Assembly (NCBI GenBank): GCA_963733195.1
Contig: CAVTCR010000028.1
Span: forward strand, 1-64,000
From: an uncultured delta proteobacterium
Lineage (GTDB): Bacteria; Desulfobacterota; Binatia; Bin18
Length of the DNA: 64,000 bases
Direction: 5' to 3'
The notes beneath the pieces are model-generated. The model was not told the DNA's origin. It worked only from the letters and a program-made list of their open reading frames with translations, and searched no databases. Shown here in pieces: positions 34,610 through 44,112 of the stretch (position 1 is its first letter; every line of letters starts with the position of its first letter). A program made the translations under genes and the position numbers.

Positions 34610-34769
34610 AGCCTCCTCCTTATGCTGCCCTCATAGGCCAGCTTGGTCAGTATTACTAGCAGGGTTCTCTGGGCGTGTGATGGTAGTAGTTTCCCGCTCC
34701 TGATCGAGCCGCCGAATCGTCACGAGAGAGGCCGGCTCATTGGCGTGGACAATGATGGTTGGGACGTGC

Positions 34770-35225
34770 TCAGTCGTAGAGATTTACATCTAGATAAATG
34801 CCGACCATACCTGGTTTCTTGTTCTCGCTCCTTCCCCCCCCACGAATGTTCGCCTTACACGTAAAGTGCTGAGCTGTCACCCGTTCATTTTGGAGCCGTG
34901 TACGAAACGTGCTTGCATCACTCCGTGACAGATACCCGACTGTTTTCCCTTCGACTTCCACACGCACGGCGTTATTATCGTACCTGTTGGTATTATCGAG
35001 AATGAGTACCGCCGTGACAACGCGATTTTCGCCTTCCTCGGTTCGCGGGCCACAAATTTCTTCAAAGGTGCTCTGGTAGTGAAATTCCCCAACGACTGGG
35101 AGCTTGAACTCTTCGTTGCCCTCTACCCACGCGGGCTGGAGTTGGGTAGGAGAGAGACGGTGGGGTTGCAGTGCTAAACGTGTTTCTCCTCTCACGAGAC
35201 GCTTCACCCACGACCAGAGCCCCAT
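34770..35225 (-). CDS. HIRAN-domain protein
   Basis: VVGEFHYQ...LILDNTNRYDNNAVRVEVEGKTVGYLSRSDA. Confidence 0.82.
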   Translation of the reverse strand: MGLWSWVKRLVRGETRLALQPHRLSPTQLQPAWVEGNEEFKLPVVGEFHYQSTFEEICGPRTEEGENRVVTAVLILDNTNRYDNNAVRVEVEGKTVGYLSRSDASTFRTRLQNERVTAQHFTCKANIRGGGRSENKKPGMVGIYLDVNLYD

Positions 35226-35238
35226 GATCTCCCCCTTC

Positions 35239-35481
35239 CTACCCCTCTGACTTCTTCGCCCACCGCGCTTCTGCTGCTTTCTTGGCAATCTCCGCTCGCT
35301 TTTTGGCGGAAAGATTTGCGGCTCTTGCCCTTCCTCCCTTGGAAGCACCAAGGCGTGAGAGCGCGACGGCGTGAGGGTTTTTCTTTGGTGGGGTTAGCGG
35401 TTCACCAAGGACAGTTTCAACAACCCGGCGGGCGATGAGGGTTACGTCTTCTTCTGGTTGTTTGCTTGCTCGTGTAGGCAT
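35239..35481 (-). CDS. Small basic KGG-motif protein typical of mobile elements
   Basis: KNPHAVALSRLGASKGGRARAANLSAKKRAEIAKKAAEARW. Confidence 0.75.
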   Translation of the reverse strand: MPTRASKQPEEDVTLIARRVVETVLGEPLTPPKKNPHAVALSRLGASKGGRARAANLSAKKRAEIAKKAAEARWAKKSEG

Positions 35482-35528
35482 AAAACAGGTATGCCACAAT
35501 GAGAACAGGAGTCTAGGGTCTGAAGACA

Positions 35529-36160
35529 GGAAACCGGGTCAGTGAGCCAGGAGAAGAGCCGCCCGAGGGCAGAACGGCTCTTCTTCCGGGGGGCAGAACA
35601 GAAAGGATCTTATGCAGTGTACAAAAACACCAACAGGTTACAGGGAGACGACAGATACAAGACATTTCTGTGACGCTACGCTGTTCCGTCGTTCAGTTAC
35701 TCACTCTTTCATTTTCCCCCAGCGTCTTCCTGCGCTCCTCTCTTCTGCAATGAGCGGGAAGATAGTCTCTCGCATCCAGGCCGGCGGTTGTTGCCCGGCG
35801 TGGAGTATGAGTGCACGTACCACCGCCGAGCTACCCACACCTCCACCAATGTAGTCAGTTGCGGCTTGGCGCATCTGCTTGAGCAGCGCTGCGGTCGATG
35901 GGGTCAATGTATGCAAGCGAATCGTGATCGGTTCTTTTTTCGAGCTGGGTTGTCGTGTTGCCATACCATGAGTTACTAACTCCTAGAAACGAACCGCGCT
36001 ATGGGCCTGAGGGACTTCTTTGCAGAACGCTACACCAGACGCTGGAGAACCATCAAGGGAACAGGCGATGAGGCAGGAACACCAACAGTGCCAACGTGAG
36101 GCGTGCATAGACCAGGAGCAACGTCACCACCAAAGTAAAGCGGGTCTCGGGGCGAGGGAA
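35529..36160. repeat. Duplicated ~620-bp module, copy 1 (hairpin + RHH-like gene + membrane-peptide 3' end)
   Basis: Collinear, highly similar to 44719-45333. Confidence 0.9.
35701..35964 (-). CDS. Small putative ribbon-helix-helix DNA-binding protein, paralog 1
   Basis: Three paralogs in the element; strand-helix-G-x-S-helix pattern (ITIRLH...AALLKQM...GSSAVVRALI). Fold is inferred. Confidence 0.65.
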   Translation of the reverse strand: MATRQPSSKKEPITIRLHTLTPSTAALLKQMRQAATDYIGGGVGSSAVVRALILHAGQQPPAWMRETIFPLIAEERSAGRRWGKMKE

Positions 36161-36241
36161 ACCAACGTACATGATGGTGGCAATGGTCACCGCACTCGAT
36201 GCCCCAGCGAGCAGGAAAAGGGCAGTCAGGTCTGGTAGCAT
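36053..36241 (-). CDS. Small two-TM membrane protein
   Basis: Two hydrophobic segments; the C-terminal one has relatives at ~34055-34118 and ~45230-45310. Confidence 0.5.
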   Translation of the reverse strand: MLPDLTALFLLAGASSAVTIATIMYVGFPRPETRFTLVVTLLLVYARLTLALLVFLPHRLFP

Positions 36242-36372
36242 GCCCACGTTATCGTACAGATCACCGCAAGTGGCAAGGCTCAATTTTCAGAGCGTAGAAG
36301 GACCGGGACAGAGATGGGCAGCCTCTGGCTCTTTCTCCGCACCGGGGACTTCTTGGAAATCCCTCGCACGCT

Positions 36373-36714
36373 TCACTGATCCGCGAGCGGGACGACTGCC
36401 GTGAGCACTGGTTCGGTGCCCACCACGCGCGTCGTATGTCCGCGCCCAGTGGTATCTTCGACCAGCCGGGCATCCCCTGCTCCAAACCGGCGTACCGTGC
36501 CATCCCCCAACCCAATTTCCAGCTGGCCGGCGAGAATAATCACATACTGCCGACGGGGGGCGGGATGCCAGTCGATAAACGTCCCCACCGGCAGTTGCGT
36601 AAACACAATATGGGCCGCTGGCTGGGGGGTTGTCAGGGCAGGATGGGACGCGAGACTTTGGTCTTCGATGCGCGACTTCCCATCTTCGCCATTGTAGAGT
36701 CGAAACACACCCAT
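36373..36714 (-). CDS. Cupin-fold protein
   Basis: WHPAPRRQYVIILAGQLEI...EDTTGRGH; RBS GGAGG. Confidence 0.85.
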   Translation of the reverse strand: MGVFRLYNGEDGKSRIEDQSLASHPALTTPQPAAHIVFTQLPVGTFIDWHPAPRRQYVIILAGQLEIGLGDGTVRRFGAGDARLVEDTTGRGHTTRVVGTEPVLTAVVPLADQ

Positions 36715-36828
36715 AGGTCAGTTCCTCCCCTGAGAGCATACGCTGTCTCGACACGGTCGCAAGCCGTTCACTCCTCCTCGCTGGAGGCGGTTTTCCTCGC
36801 CACGGGAGAGAGAACGCGTCATAACAGT

Positions 36829-36883
36829 GCCGAACTGTAATTTAAGGGCCATGCTTGTGGCTCTTAGCAGAAACACATTCCTA
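36829..36883 (-). other. attI-like site, copy 2
   Basis: Gap-free 43/55 match to 39289-39343; ends GTTCGGC on the minus strand. Confidence 0.55.
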
Positions 36884-37064
36884 TCGGTAGACGCACCGGG
36901 TTACAAGGAGACAGATAACTTCCTGTGAACTCCTTCAGTTCATTGGTCCAGATAACCTTAAAAAATTAGGCGGAGAGAAGAGTCTAGGGATTCAATCTAA
37001 TAGTGTCCATTTTTCCTTCCCTTTCCGGACTGGAATTCTTCTTTTTCAGACAATTCTTCGGAGT

Positions 37065-37160
37065 TTAAACTTGCGCGCACCGCGAGCCGCCCAAACGTGT
37101 CCTTTCAGCTTCATACCAAACTGCAACAGGGCAGCGATGCGGTGGAACGAAGGGTTAGGC
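37065..37160 (-). other. Integron attC site, degenerate distal end
   Basis: R'' GCCTAAC 3 bp after the stop; body resembles attC 38325-38425; no clean R'. Confidence 0.7.
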
Positions 37161-37163
37161 AGA

Positions 37164-37787
37164 TTAAAAAACACTCCTCGTCCGAGCGAACTGCATGAAT
37201 GCCGCACAGATTCCTATCGCATCCTCCTCGTTCCGCCATGTAAAGTATTGAGACACAAAGAACCGGGAGCCAGGAGCGACTTCACCTGGAAATGGAGCCT
37301 GCGAGATTCGTCGCCGTTTCTTCGGAAACTCTCTGCATAAATTCGCTACCGCATTACTTGCAAGGTGCCCCATAACCCACACGATAGGTGCTTGGGATAA
37401 TGATGCAAGAAGATGAGCAGGGTCCTGCACTCGAGTCGAGGCATATCGGACTGCCGCGTTGCGCTCTTCATCAACAATCTCTTTTGGCAAGGGACAGCGA
37501 ATCGCATGGTCAAATAAGAATCCGGCATCTCGAAATCCTTCGAGCGTGGCCGTCGCAAGAAGCATTTGACTATGAAGACCGAGAAGAAGACAACGCCGCA
37601 CGGCTACCGGATCGTTTGCGTAATCCTTGGGAGCTTCATAGAAATAGGCGGACTCAACGCTACCAGGGTTTTCTCCGACGATGAGACAACGGAGCCTCTG
37701 CGGTCGCCAAACGTGCTCGACTTCGAAGCGGTCCCATGGATGCGTGGCAATTCCGCAACACGTTAACAAGTGAAACCTTTCTTTCAC
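37164..37787 (-). CDS. Integron cassette gene, uracil-DNA-glycosylase-superfamily-like protein
   Basis: Starts right after GTTAGGC. CLIVGENPG and WVMGHLA resemble UDG-fold motifs (inference). Confidence 0.6.
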   Translation of the reverse strand: MKERFHLLTCCGIATHPWDRFEVEHVWRPQRLRCLIVGENPGSVESAYFYEAPKDYANDPVAVRRCLLLGLHSQMLLATATLEGFRDAGFLFDHAIRCPLPKEIVDEERNAAVRYASTRVQDPAHLLASLSQAPIVWVMGHLASNAVANLCREFPKKRRRISQAPFPGEVAPGSRFFVSQYFTWRNEEDAIGICAAFMQFARTRSVF

Positions 37788-37788
37788 T

Positions 37789-37875
37789 GCCTAACGCCGT
37801 GCATAAGGGGCGCAACTGGAGCGAAGCCCGAAGGGCGTAGCGGAAATTGCGCCCCTCTCTATGCACTTGTTATGC
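37789..37875 (-). other. Integron attC site
   Basis: GCATAAC...TGCATAGAGAGGGGCGCAA...TTGCGCCCCTTATGCA...GTTAGGC imperfect palindrome, 87 bp. Confidence 0.92.
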
Positions 37876-37896
37876 GGCAACACGTGGCGACACAAA

Positions 37897-38295
37897 CTAA
37901 TCGGCTTTGGCGACCGCTTCTACCTCCACAAGCGTGGCTTTCGATGCGAGAGAAGCGACACCAATACCAGTTACTGCTGGACGTGAACTGCCAAGGAAAC
38001 TGGCCAAGATTGGCGCCAAAGATTCCATATGCTCTTCCAACTCTCCACGGACATAAATCCGCAGATGCAGCAGGCTGTCAACGCTTGAGCCGGCAGCCGC
38101 AAGTACGGTCCGTAAATTTTCTAGTGCGGCTTCAAACTGGCCCGAGACGGAGTTCTGTGAGACTTGGTGTTGGTGGTCCCAATCGACCTGACCGGACACA
38201 AACACCAGCGAGCTTTCTGTATCAAGCACTGCCTGCGACATTCCAATGGGGGTGCCGTCATACAGTCGTTCAGGGTTTACTAACTTTTTGGCCAT
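37897..38295 (-). CDS. Integron cassette gene, RidA/YjgF family protein
   Basis: VFVSGQV...ALENLRTVLAAAG...RPAVT...LVEVEAVA. Confidence 0.92.
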   Translation of the reverse strand: MAKKLVNPERLYDGTPIGMSQAVLDTESSLVFVSGQVDWDHQHQVSQNSVSGQFEAALENLRTVLAAAGSSVDSLLHLRIYVRGELEEHMESLAPILASFLGSSRPAVTGIGVASLASKATLVEVEAVAKAD

Positions 38296-38324
38296 TTGTT
38301 CACCTTCTGCTTATTGATCGTCAC

Positions 38325-38425
38325 GCATAACGCGCCCCGGTCACCGTTTGCCGCCCAACCGAGCCCCTTCGGGTTTGCTCTGATCCGCAAACGGGCGGCA
38401 ATACGGTGGAACGGGTTTGTTAGCC
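38325..38425 (-). other. Integron attC site
   Basis: GGCTAAC...CACCGTATTGCCGCCC...GGGCGGCAAACGGTG...GTTATGC, 101 bp. Confidence 0.92.
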
Positions 38426-38437
38426 GGCGTTCTTTCC

Positions 38438-39238
38438 CTATCCAATTTTCTCTTCGAGCCAGCTGCAAATTGCTTCATTGACAAGTTCCGGCTTTTCCAT
38501 ATGGGGAAAGTGCCCCGTGTCTTTGATCATCGCTAGCCTCGCCTCGGGGATCGTCTCGGCCAGTACCTTGCCAGAGGTTTCAAATGGCAAGGGTTTGTCT
38601 GTATCGCCATGGACAACGAGTGTCGGCACTCGCACCGCCGATAAACGCTCAGTAAAGTTGAGACGGCAGAAGCCTCGGCAGGTTGCTTTACTGGCGTAAA
38701 TGGGGGGCTTGCAGGCTTCTTTCTGGAGCATCGCTTCTATGTCCGCCCCGTAGGGGTTGTACTTGGCAAACTTCTCATGGGTGATGAAGGTCTGAAAGAC
38801 CCTTTGCCGGCCCTCGATCGTATCGTAGAACTGCAACACCTGCTCTTCGGTAATCGTGAGTTGGCTGCCGGCTGAATACGACCCGAGAAAGACGATCCCT
38901 ACTACCTCCCCTGGGTAGTCGAAGTAGTATTGCAGCGAGATCGGCCCACCAAAGGAGTGGCCGAGATGGACCGCCTTTGTCACGCCGAGGGCTTGCAAGA
39001 TGGTATGGAGATCGGAGGCGTGAATGGTGGTGTCATACACCTCAGCTTGCGGTTTGCCGGAGAGGCCACAGCCGCGCAGGTCATGCAGGATACAGCGGTA
39101 TCGTTTACGGAGGATGCGGGTTTGCAAAAAGAACTGTTGTCCGAAGCCCATGTTGCCGTGGGTGAACACGAGCGGGAAGCCGTCGCCTTCGACTTCGTAA
39201 TGAAGCTCTACGCCATCCGATGCAGTGACAAAAGGCAT
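38438..39238 (-). CDS. Integron cassette gene, alpha/beta hydrolase
   Basis: FTHG, DLRGCG, GHSFGG, HGDTD, GHFPHME. Confidence 0.92.
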   Translation of the reverse strand: MPFVTASDGVELHYEVEGDGFPLVFTHGNMGFGQQFFLQTRILRKRYRCILHDLRGCGLSGKPQAEVYDTTIHASDLHTILQALGVTKAVHLGHSFGGPISLQYYFDYPGEVVGIVFLGSYSAGSQLTITEEQVLQFYDTIEGRQRVFQTFITHEKFAKYNPYGADIEAMLQKEACKPPIYASKATCRGFCRLNFTERLSAVRVPTLVVHGDTDKPLPFETSGKVLAETIPEARLAMIKDTGHFPHMEKPELVNEAICSWLEEKIG

Positions 39239-39288
39239 AATCTCGCCTCCTTTCGTAATATGTTCATCCACCGTGTTCGGGCTAAGCC

Positions 39289-39343
39289 GGCTAACTTTAA
39301 TTCAACGGCAATGCTCCCGGCTATTAGCAGAAACATCTTCCTA
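39289..39343 (-). other. attI-like site heading the cassette array, copy 1
   Basis: Non-palindromic ...GCCGTTGAATTAAA-GTTAGCCGGC; the last 10 nt are complementary to the R'' region of the first cassette's attC. No intI upstream. Confidence 0.7.
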
Positions 39344-39909
39344 CGAATAGCCAGAACGGTCTACGGGTAGGCAGCTCTATACGGCTGTATGTAGCCAGGT
39401 GGGCCGTGGCTACATAGAGGAACTTTTCTGGAAGTCCATCCAAAAATAGAGACAGGGAATAGGATCTTGTTGTTCGGTTAATTCCTACCTTTCCCTACAC
39501 ATTCTCACCTCAATACAAATAGCTACTTGCACGTCCGGGAAATCAGTACGGATTCTCCCGCTGCCCTTGCTCAAGCGGCGTCCGTGTCTCCTTTTGTCTC
39601 ATGATGGCATGCCCACATCCTCAAACCCCCCAAGACAAACCTACACCACACAATTAGTGATCAGATAAATAGAGACATTTTGTCTCATGAGATACAAAAA
39701 ATGAGCCACACCCTACCTAAACCACCTAAAGTCCCTAAAGCTGGGGACAAGATTAGCTCCTTTAGCCACTTTAGGCGGGAGGAACGAGGTCTGGTCAAGA
39801 GGTGCGGAAAAAGAAACAGGCAGATCTGCTCTTGGGTGAGGTTATCACTTCAGGTTAACTCCTCCAATATTTTGCCTTCGCCTCGTGCAAATCTTCAGTG
39901 TCAAAGCCT

Positions 39910-41571
39910 TCAGGAACTAGAGGGAAGGGCAACATGTTTTACTGGTGTCTCTTGCATGCCTCTTCCTTTCTCGCTGCTGGGTCCTGGAGCCGCGGGCAGC
40001 GTGAAGAAGAAGGTGGCCCCTTTGCCCACCTCCGACTCCACCCAGATCTGTCCGCCGTGTTGCTCAATGATCTTCTTACAGATCGCTAAGCCAATACCGG
40101 TGCCGGGATACTCCTGGCGGGTGTGTAAGCGCTGAAATACCTGGAAGAGCCGCCCGGCATGCGCCGGATCAATGCCAATGCCGTTGTCCCGCACACTGAA
40201 TCGCCACTGCTTGCCGTCCCATTGCGCGGAGACGTGAATCTGCGGCGGCGCAGGGCCCCGAAACTTCAGCGCGTTACCGATCAGATTCTGTATCACCCGG
40301 CCTAACCGCGCCGCATCGCCCAAGACCGTCGGCAAGGGATCCTGCGTGATCGTGGCCCCGCTCTCGGCAATGGCGAGCTGGAGGTCCGCCAGGACACGTG
40401 CCAGTAGGGCGTCCCCGTCCACCGTGGTGACCTCCTGCCCCTCTCCCCCTGCCCGCGTGTAGGCCAGTAGACCGGCGAGTAAGTGGCGCAGACGTTGTGC
40501 ACCCTCTTCGACAAAGGCGAGGTATTCAGAGGCCTCGGCATCGAGCGTGCCGGGCAAACGACGAGTGAGCAGTTGGAGGAAGCTGGTAATGGTGCGCAGC
40601 GGCTCATTCAAGTCGTGAGAGACGATGTGCGCGAACTGCTGAAGCTCCTCGTTGGTGCGCTGCACCTCGGCGAGCAACTGGGTGCGGGCGTCCTCCACCT
40701 GTTTGCGCACGGTGATGTCGCGGGCGATCTTCGAGGCCCCGATGATCATGCCCCGCCCGTCTCGCAACGGGGAGATCGTGACCGAGACGTCCAGCAACCG
40801 CCCGTCCTTGGCCTGCCGCACCGTCTCGAAGTGGTCCACGCGTTCCCCTCTGCGTAAGCGCTCCAGAATCATCCGTTCTTCGTCTTGTCGATCCTCGGGC
40901 AGCAGGCGCAGAATCGGCTGCCCGATCATCTCCTCCGCTGTGTAGCCGAAGAGGCGCTCAGCGGCGGCATTCCAACTGGTCACGATGCCGTCCAACGATT
41001 TGCTGATGATGGCGTCATCCGATGATTCAACGATAGCTGCTAGTCGGAGACTCGCCACCTCGGCCTGCCGCCGCTCGGTGATATCGCGAAAACTCCAGAC
41101 GCGGCCTACGTTCCGTTCCTCGACGAACTGAATCCGTGAGTATCGCTCGAATACTCTGCCATCGGTGCATTCCAGCAGGTCATAGGTTTCTGCCGGCGAC
41201 GACGCGTTAATGTCGTCAATTCTGGTCAGGAACTGGCAGGGCTCCTTGCAATACTGGCTAATGACGGCGAGTACGGAGGTGTGTTCTCTTGTGTCCAGGA
41301 CCGCGCGGGGGAGCTGCCACATCGTCACGAATTGCTCGTTAAAGTCCGTGACCTTATCGTGGCCGTCGGTCACCAGAATCCCATCCGTGGTTGATTCCAA
41401 CGTCGCGCGCATCCGCGCGAGCGAGTGCGTGAGCTCTTGCGTCTTGAGTTCCAACGCTTCCTTCGTCCGGATCAGCTCCTCCTCGGCACGCTGGCGTGCG
41501 AGGAAAATGCTCTGGGCGTTCTCCAAGGCCACGGAGCGGAGGAGTTCCTCCTCGGTCTTCTGCGTCGCCAT
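39910..41571 (-). CDS. PAS-domain sensor histidine kinase
   Basis: Two PAS domains, SHDLNEPL, NLIGNALKF, GTGIGL; start overlaps the upstream stop (TAATG). Confidence 0.94.
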   Translation of the reverse strand: MATQKTEEELLRSVALENAQSIFLARQRAEEELIRTKEALELKTQELTHSLARMRATLESTTDGILVTDGHDKVTDFNEQFVTMWQLPRAVLDTREHTSVLAVISQYCKEPCQFLTRIDDINASSPAETYDLLECTDGRVFERYSRIQFVEERNVGRVWSFRDITERRQAEVASLRLAAIVESSDDAIISKSLDGIVTSWNAAAERLFGYTAEEMIGQPILRLLPEDRQDEERMILERLRRGERVDHFETVRQAKDGRLLDVSVTISPLRDGRGMIIGASKIARDITVRKQVEDARTQLLAEVQRTNEELQQFAHIVSHDLNEPLRTITSFLQLLTRRLPGTLDAEASEYLAFVEEGAQRLRHLLAGLLAYTRAGGEGQEVTTVDGDALLARVLADLQLAIAESGATITQDPLPTVLGDAARLGRVIQNLIGNALKFRGPAPPQIHVSAQWDGKQWRFSVRDNGIGIDPAHAGRLFQVFQRLHTRQEYPGTGIGLAICKKIIEQHGGQIWVESEVGKGATFFFTLPAAPGPSSEKGRGMQETPVKHVALPSSS

Positions 41572-42632
41572 TAGCCGCCTCCGAGTAGCGCCGACGCGAG
41601 TGCGGTACCCAGCACGCGCGCACGAATTTTTTCGAACGCCGTGTCCCGAGTCGTCGAAGTATCATCACAGAAGGGGGAGAAGCCGCAGTCATCGGTAGTG
41701 CCCAGTTGTTCGACGGGAATGTACAGGGCTGCTTCGAGGATGCGGTCCCGAATTTCTTCCGGCGTCTCCACCCGTGGATCGATCGGCGCAACCACGCCGA
41801 TGAAGACCCGCTGATAGGGCTTTAAGTAATTCTGGATGATCTTCAAGACGCGGCCCCGATCCTGCTCGCCGGCCAGTGCGATGTAGAAATTCCCGGCCTT
41901 TAACTCGAACAAACTGGGCAACAACTCCGCGTAATCAACATCTGCACTATGGGTCGAGTCGCGGTCGCCGCCCGGGCAGGTATGCACACCGATGCGCTGT
42001 CGCTCCGCAGCGGAGAAGCGCGCCAACGCGAGATTGTTCAAATCGATAAAGCTATGCAGCAGGTTGCCGGAAGGATCGATCTTGAGCGCCAGGCGCCCCT
42101 CCGTGAAGTCGATTTGCACCTTGTGCGCGCCTTTTTTCAGACAATTGCGGATTTCGGTCTCGTGCTCATGCAACAAGTCCTGGAGGAACTGCTCGCGGGT
42201 ATAGCCAGGAATCTCGTCGGCCGGATACATCAAGCTCAAGGCTGAGGGCGAGATGACTGCTTGCTTTACCAGCATATGCGCGTAGCGCAGGGCCACGTCG
42301 AGGTAACTATCCGCATGCCTCTTGTAGCGGAAAGGGCCGCCCGTCAGCCGCAGCATCCGGCGTACGTGTCCCGCTGCGAACGGGATCGTGAAGCCGTCCG
42401 GGGCAGTGTTCGGCAGCCCCTCCACGCTGTAGGTCCAGAAATTATGATACTTTCCCTGCTCACCGTCAGTGATCACCGGCGAGCCCGTGGCCTCGAACCG
42501 CTCAATAGTGTCCCGAATCGCCTTCTCGTAGAGTGGGTCCAATGCAGGGTCTGTCCCGTCTCGTGTCCCCATTGCCTCGATGAGCCAAGAGGGGCGTGGA
42601 ATACTCCCGATGGGTTCGGTTGGGATTGTCAT
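41571..42632 (-). CDS. Cobalamin-independent methionine synthase II-family protein (single barrel)
   Basis: TEPIGSIPRP, ITDGEQ, Zn-ligand motifs HTC and TTDDCGF. Confidence 0.88.
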   Translation of the reverse strand: MTIPTEPIGSIPRPSWLIEAMGTRDGTDPALDPLYEKAIRDTIERFEATGSPVITDGEQGKYHNFWTYSVEGLPNTAPDGFTIPFAAGHVRRMLRLTGGPFRYKRHADSYLDVALRYAHMLVKQAVISPSALSLMYPADEIPGYTREQFLQDLLHEHETEIRNCLKKGAHKVQIDFTEGRLALKIDPSGNLLHSFIDLNNLALARFSAAERQRIGVHTCPGGDRDSTHSADVDYAELLPSLFELKAGNFYIALAGEQDRGRVLKIIQNYLKPYQRVFIGVVAPIDPRVETPEEIRDRILEAALYIPVEQLGTTDDCGFSPFCDDTSTTRDTAFEKIRARVLGTALASALLGGG

Positions 42633-42773
42633 AACAGATCGCGTGCGTTGTGTTTATTCACGGCCTATGGCAATCCAAGCGGAAAAGTCGCTGGGTGTTC
42701 AAGCGTCCCCGATTTCCTAGAGCTGTATTATCAGCAACTGCAGTATGGCTAATGGGAGTCAAATAGGCAATGA

Positions 42774-43157
42774 CTATCGGCATGGCAATGTCAGGTATAG
42801 ACTTTCCTCTTGCATCAATAACGCTGTATAGAGCGCCCGCTGAGGATGATCCTCATGGGCAATCGGCGCGCCGAACAGCGCAAAGATGCCCTCCCCTAAC
42901 GCTTGGGCCACATAGCCCTCGTAGCTATGCACCGCGTCCATCATCAGTTGCAGTGCAGGGTCAATAATCGCTCTGGCCTCTTCCGGATCAAGACCTTCAA
43001 TGAATGCGGTAGAGCCTTTGAGATCGGCAAACAGCGCGGTGATGGTTTTCTTTTCACCGTCTGTTCCACTCCGCACTTCCATTGCCACCTGCTCCGCGAG
43101 TATGCGCTCAGCCAGGTGACACGGCGGAGGTCTTTGCAATAAGTGTGGGAAAAGCAT
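42774..43157 (-). pseudogene. Class III adenylate/guanylate cyclase fragment
   Basis: GEKKTITALFADLKGST...FGAPIAHEDHPQRA; truncated. Confidence 0.8.
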
Positions 43158-43193
43158 CGGGCAGCAATCTGCCCTTGGCTGACGATTGTCTCT

Positions 43194-43997
43194 TCAGGTG
43201 AACTCTTCCAACAACGCTTTCGCCTCTTGCAAATCCTTGGTGTCGAACCCTTCGGTGAACCAGTGGTAGACCGCGGCTAACATCTCGTGAGCTTCTTTCT
43301 GCTTACCCTGTTGCTGCCAGAGCTTCGCCAGGCTCATTACCGCTCGTAGCTCCAGAGACTTTGCTTGCTGCCGCTGGGCAATCTCGCCGATCACGACTAC
43401 CCCGGTGTGAATGCCGATACGGACCTGAAGAGGATGGGGTAACTGCTTGGACTGGAGGGATGACGTACGGAAGGCGGTAATGATCTCGATACCCGTATGT
43501 ACGGCCCGTTGGGCATCGTCTTCATGGGCCATAGGATAACCAAAGTACACTAGCAAACCATCGCCCAGATGTTGGGCTACATATCCGTCGTAGCGCTGGA
43601 TCACTGTAGTACAGGTCTCTTGATACTTTTGCACGACTTCCCGTAGGTCTTCGGGATCAAGTTGCGCAGAGAGAGTGGTTGAACCCACGAGGTCACAGAA
43701 CAGCACGGTGAGCTGGCGTCGTTCAGCTTCCGGAGGTGTCGGACGGGGCTGTATAGCCAGAGGGGGAGTTGCACGTCGGGGTGTTTTCCTCGCTCTGGGA
43801 GTGCCCTGACGTGTACGCACCTTGGCGGCTGGAGGTCGCCCTTTGGCTCCTAGGGGTGTGCCGCATTCCGGACAGAACTTCGCTGTCGGTTTCGCTTGGT
43901 GGCCACAGCTGGGGCACACAAGTACAAGCTGGGCTCCGCAGGCTTCACAGAATTTGGCGCCGGCGTCAGTCTCGTGCTCGCAGCTTGGGCAACGCAT
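43194..43997 (-). pseudogene. Double-zinc-ribbon cyclase-AAA-TPR gene with large in-frame internal deletion
   Basis: CxxC pairs and ERRQLTVLFCDLVGST...RIGIHTG, joined directly to the family C-terminus KSLELRAVMSL...FTEGFDTKDL. Confidence 0.8.
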
Positions 43998-44112
43998 GGC
44001 GTTTGTTTACTGCATTCAGCGCCCTGGAGCAAGGAAAACTATCCGGGACCCACAGGACGTGATCCTGCACGTAGCCTGGATCTCAGGCCAGGGTATACTG
44101 CGAGAAACCGGC

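Noticed and set aside
36290-36373. attC after the cupin gene
   Set aside because: No RYYYAAC...GTTRRRY palindrome, so the cupin is not called a cassette.
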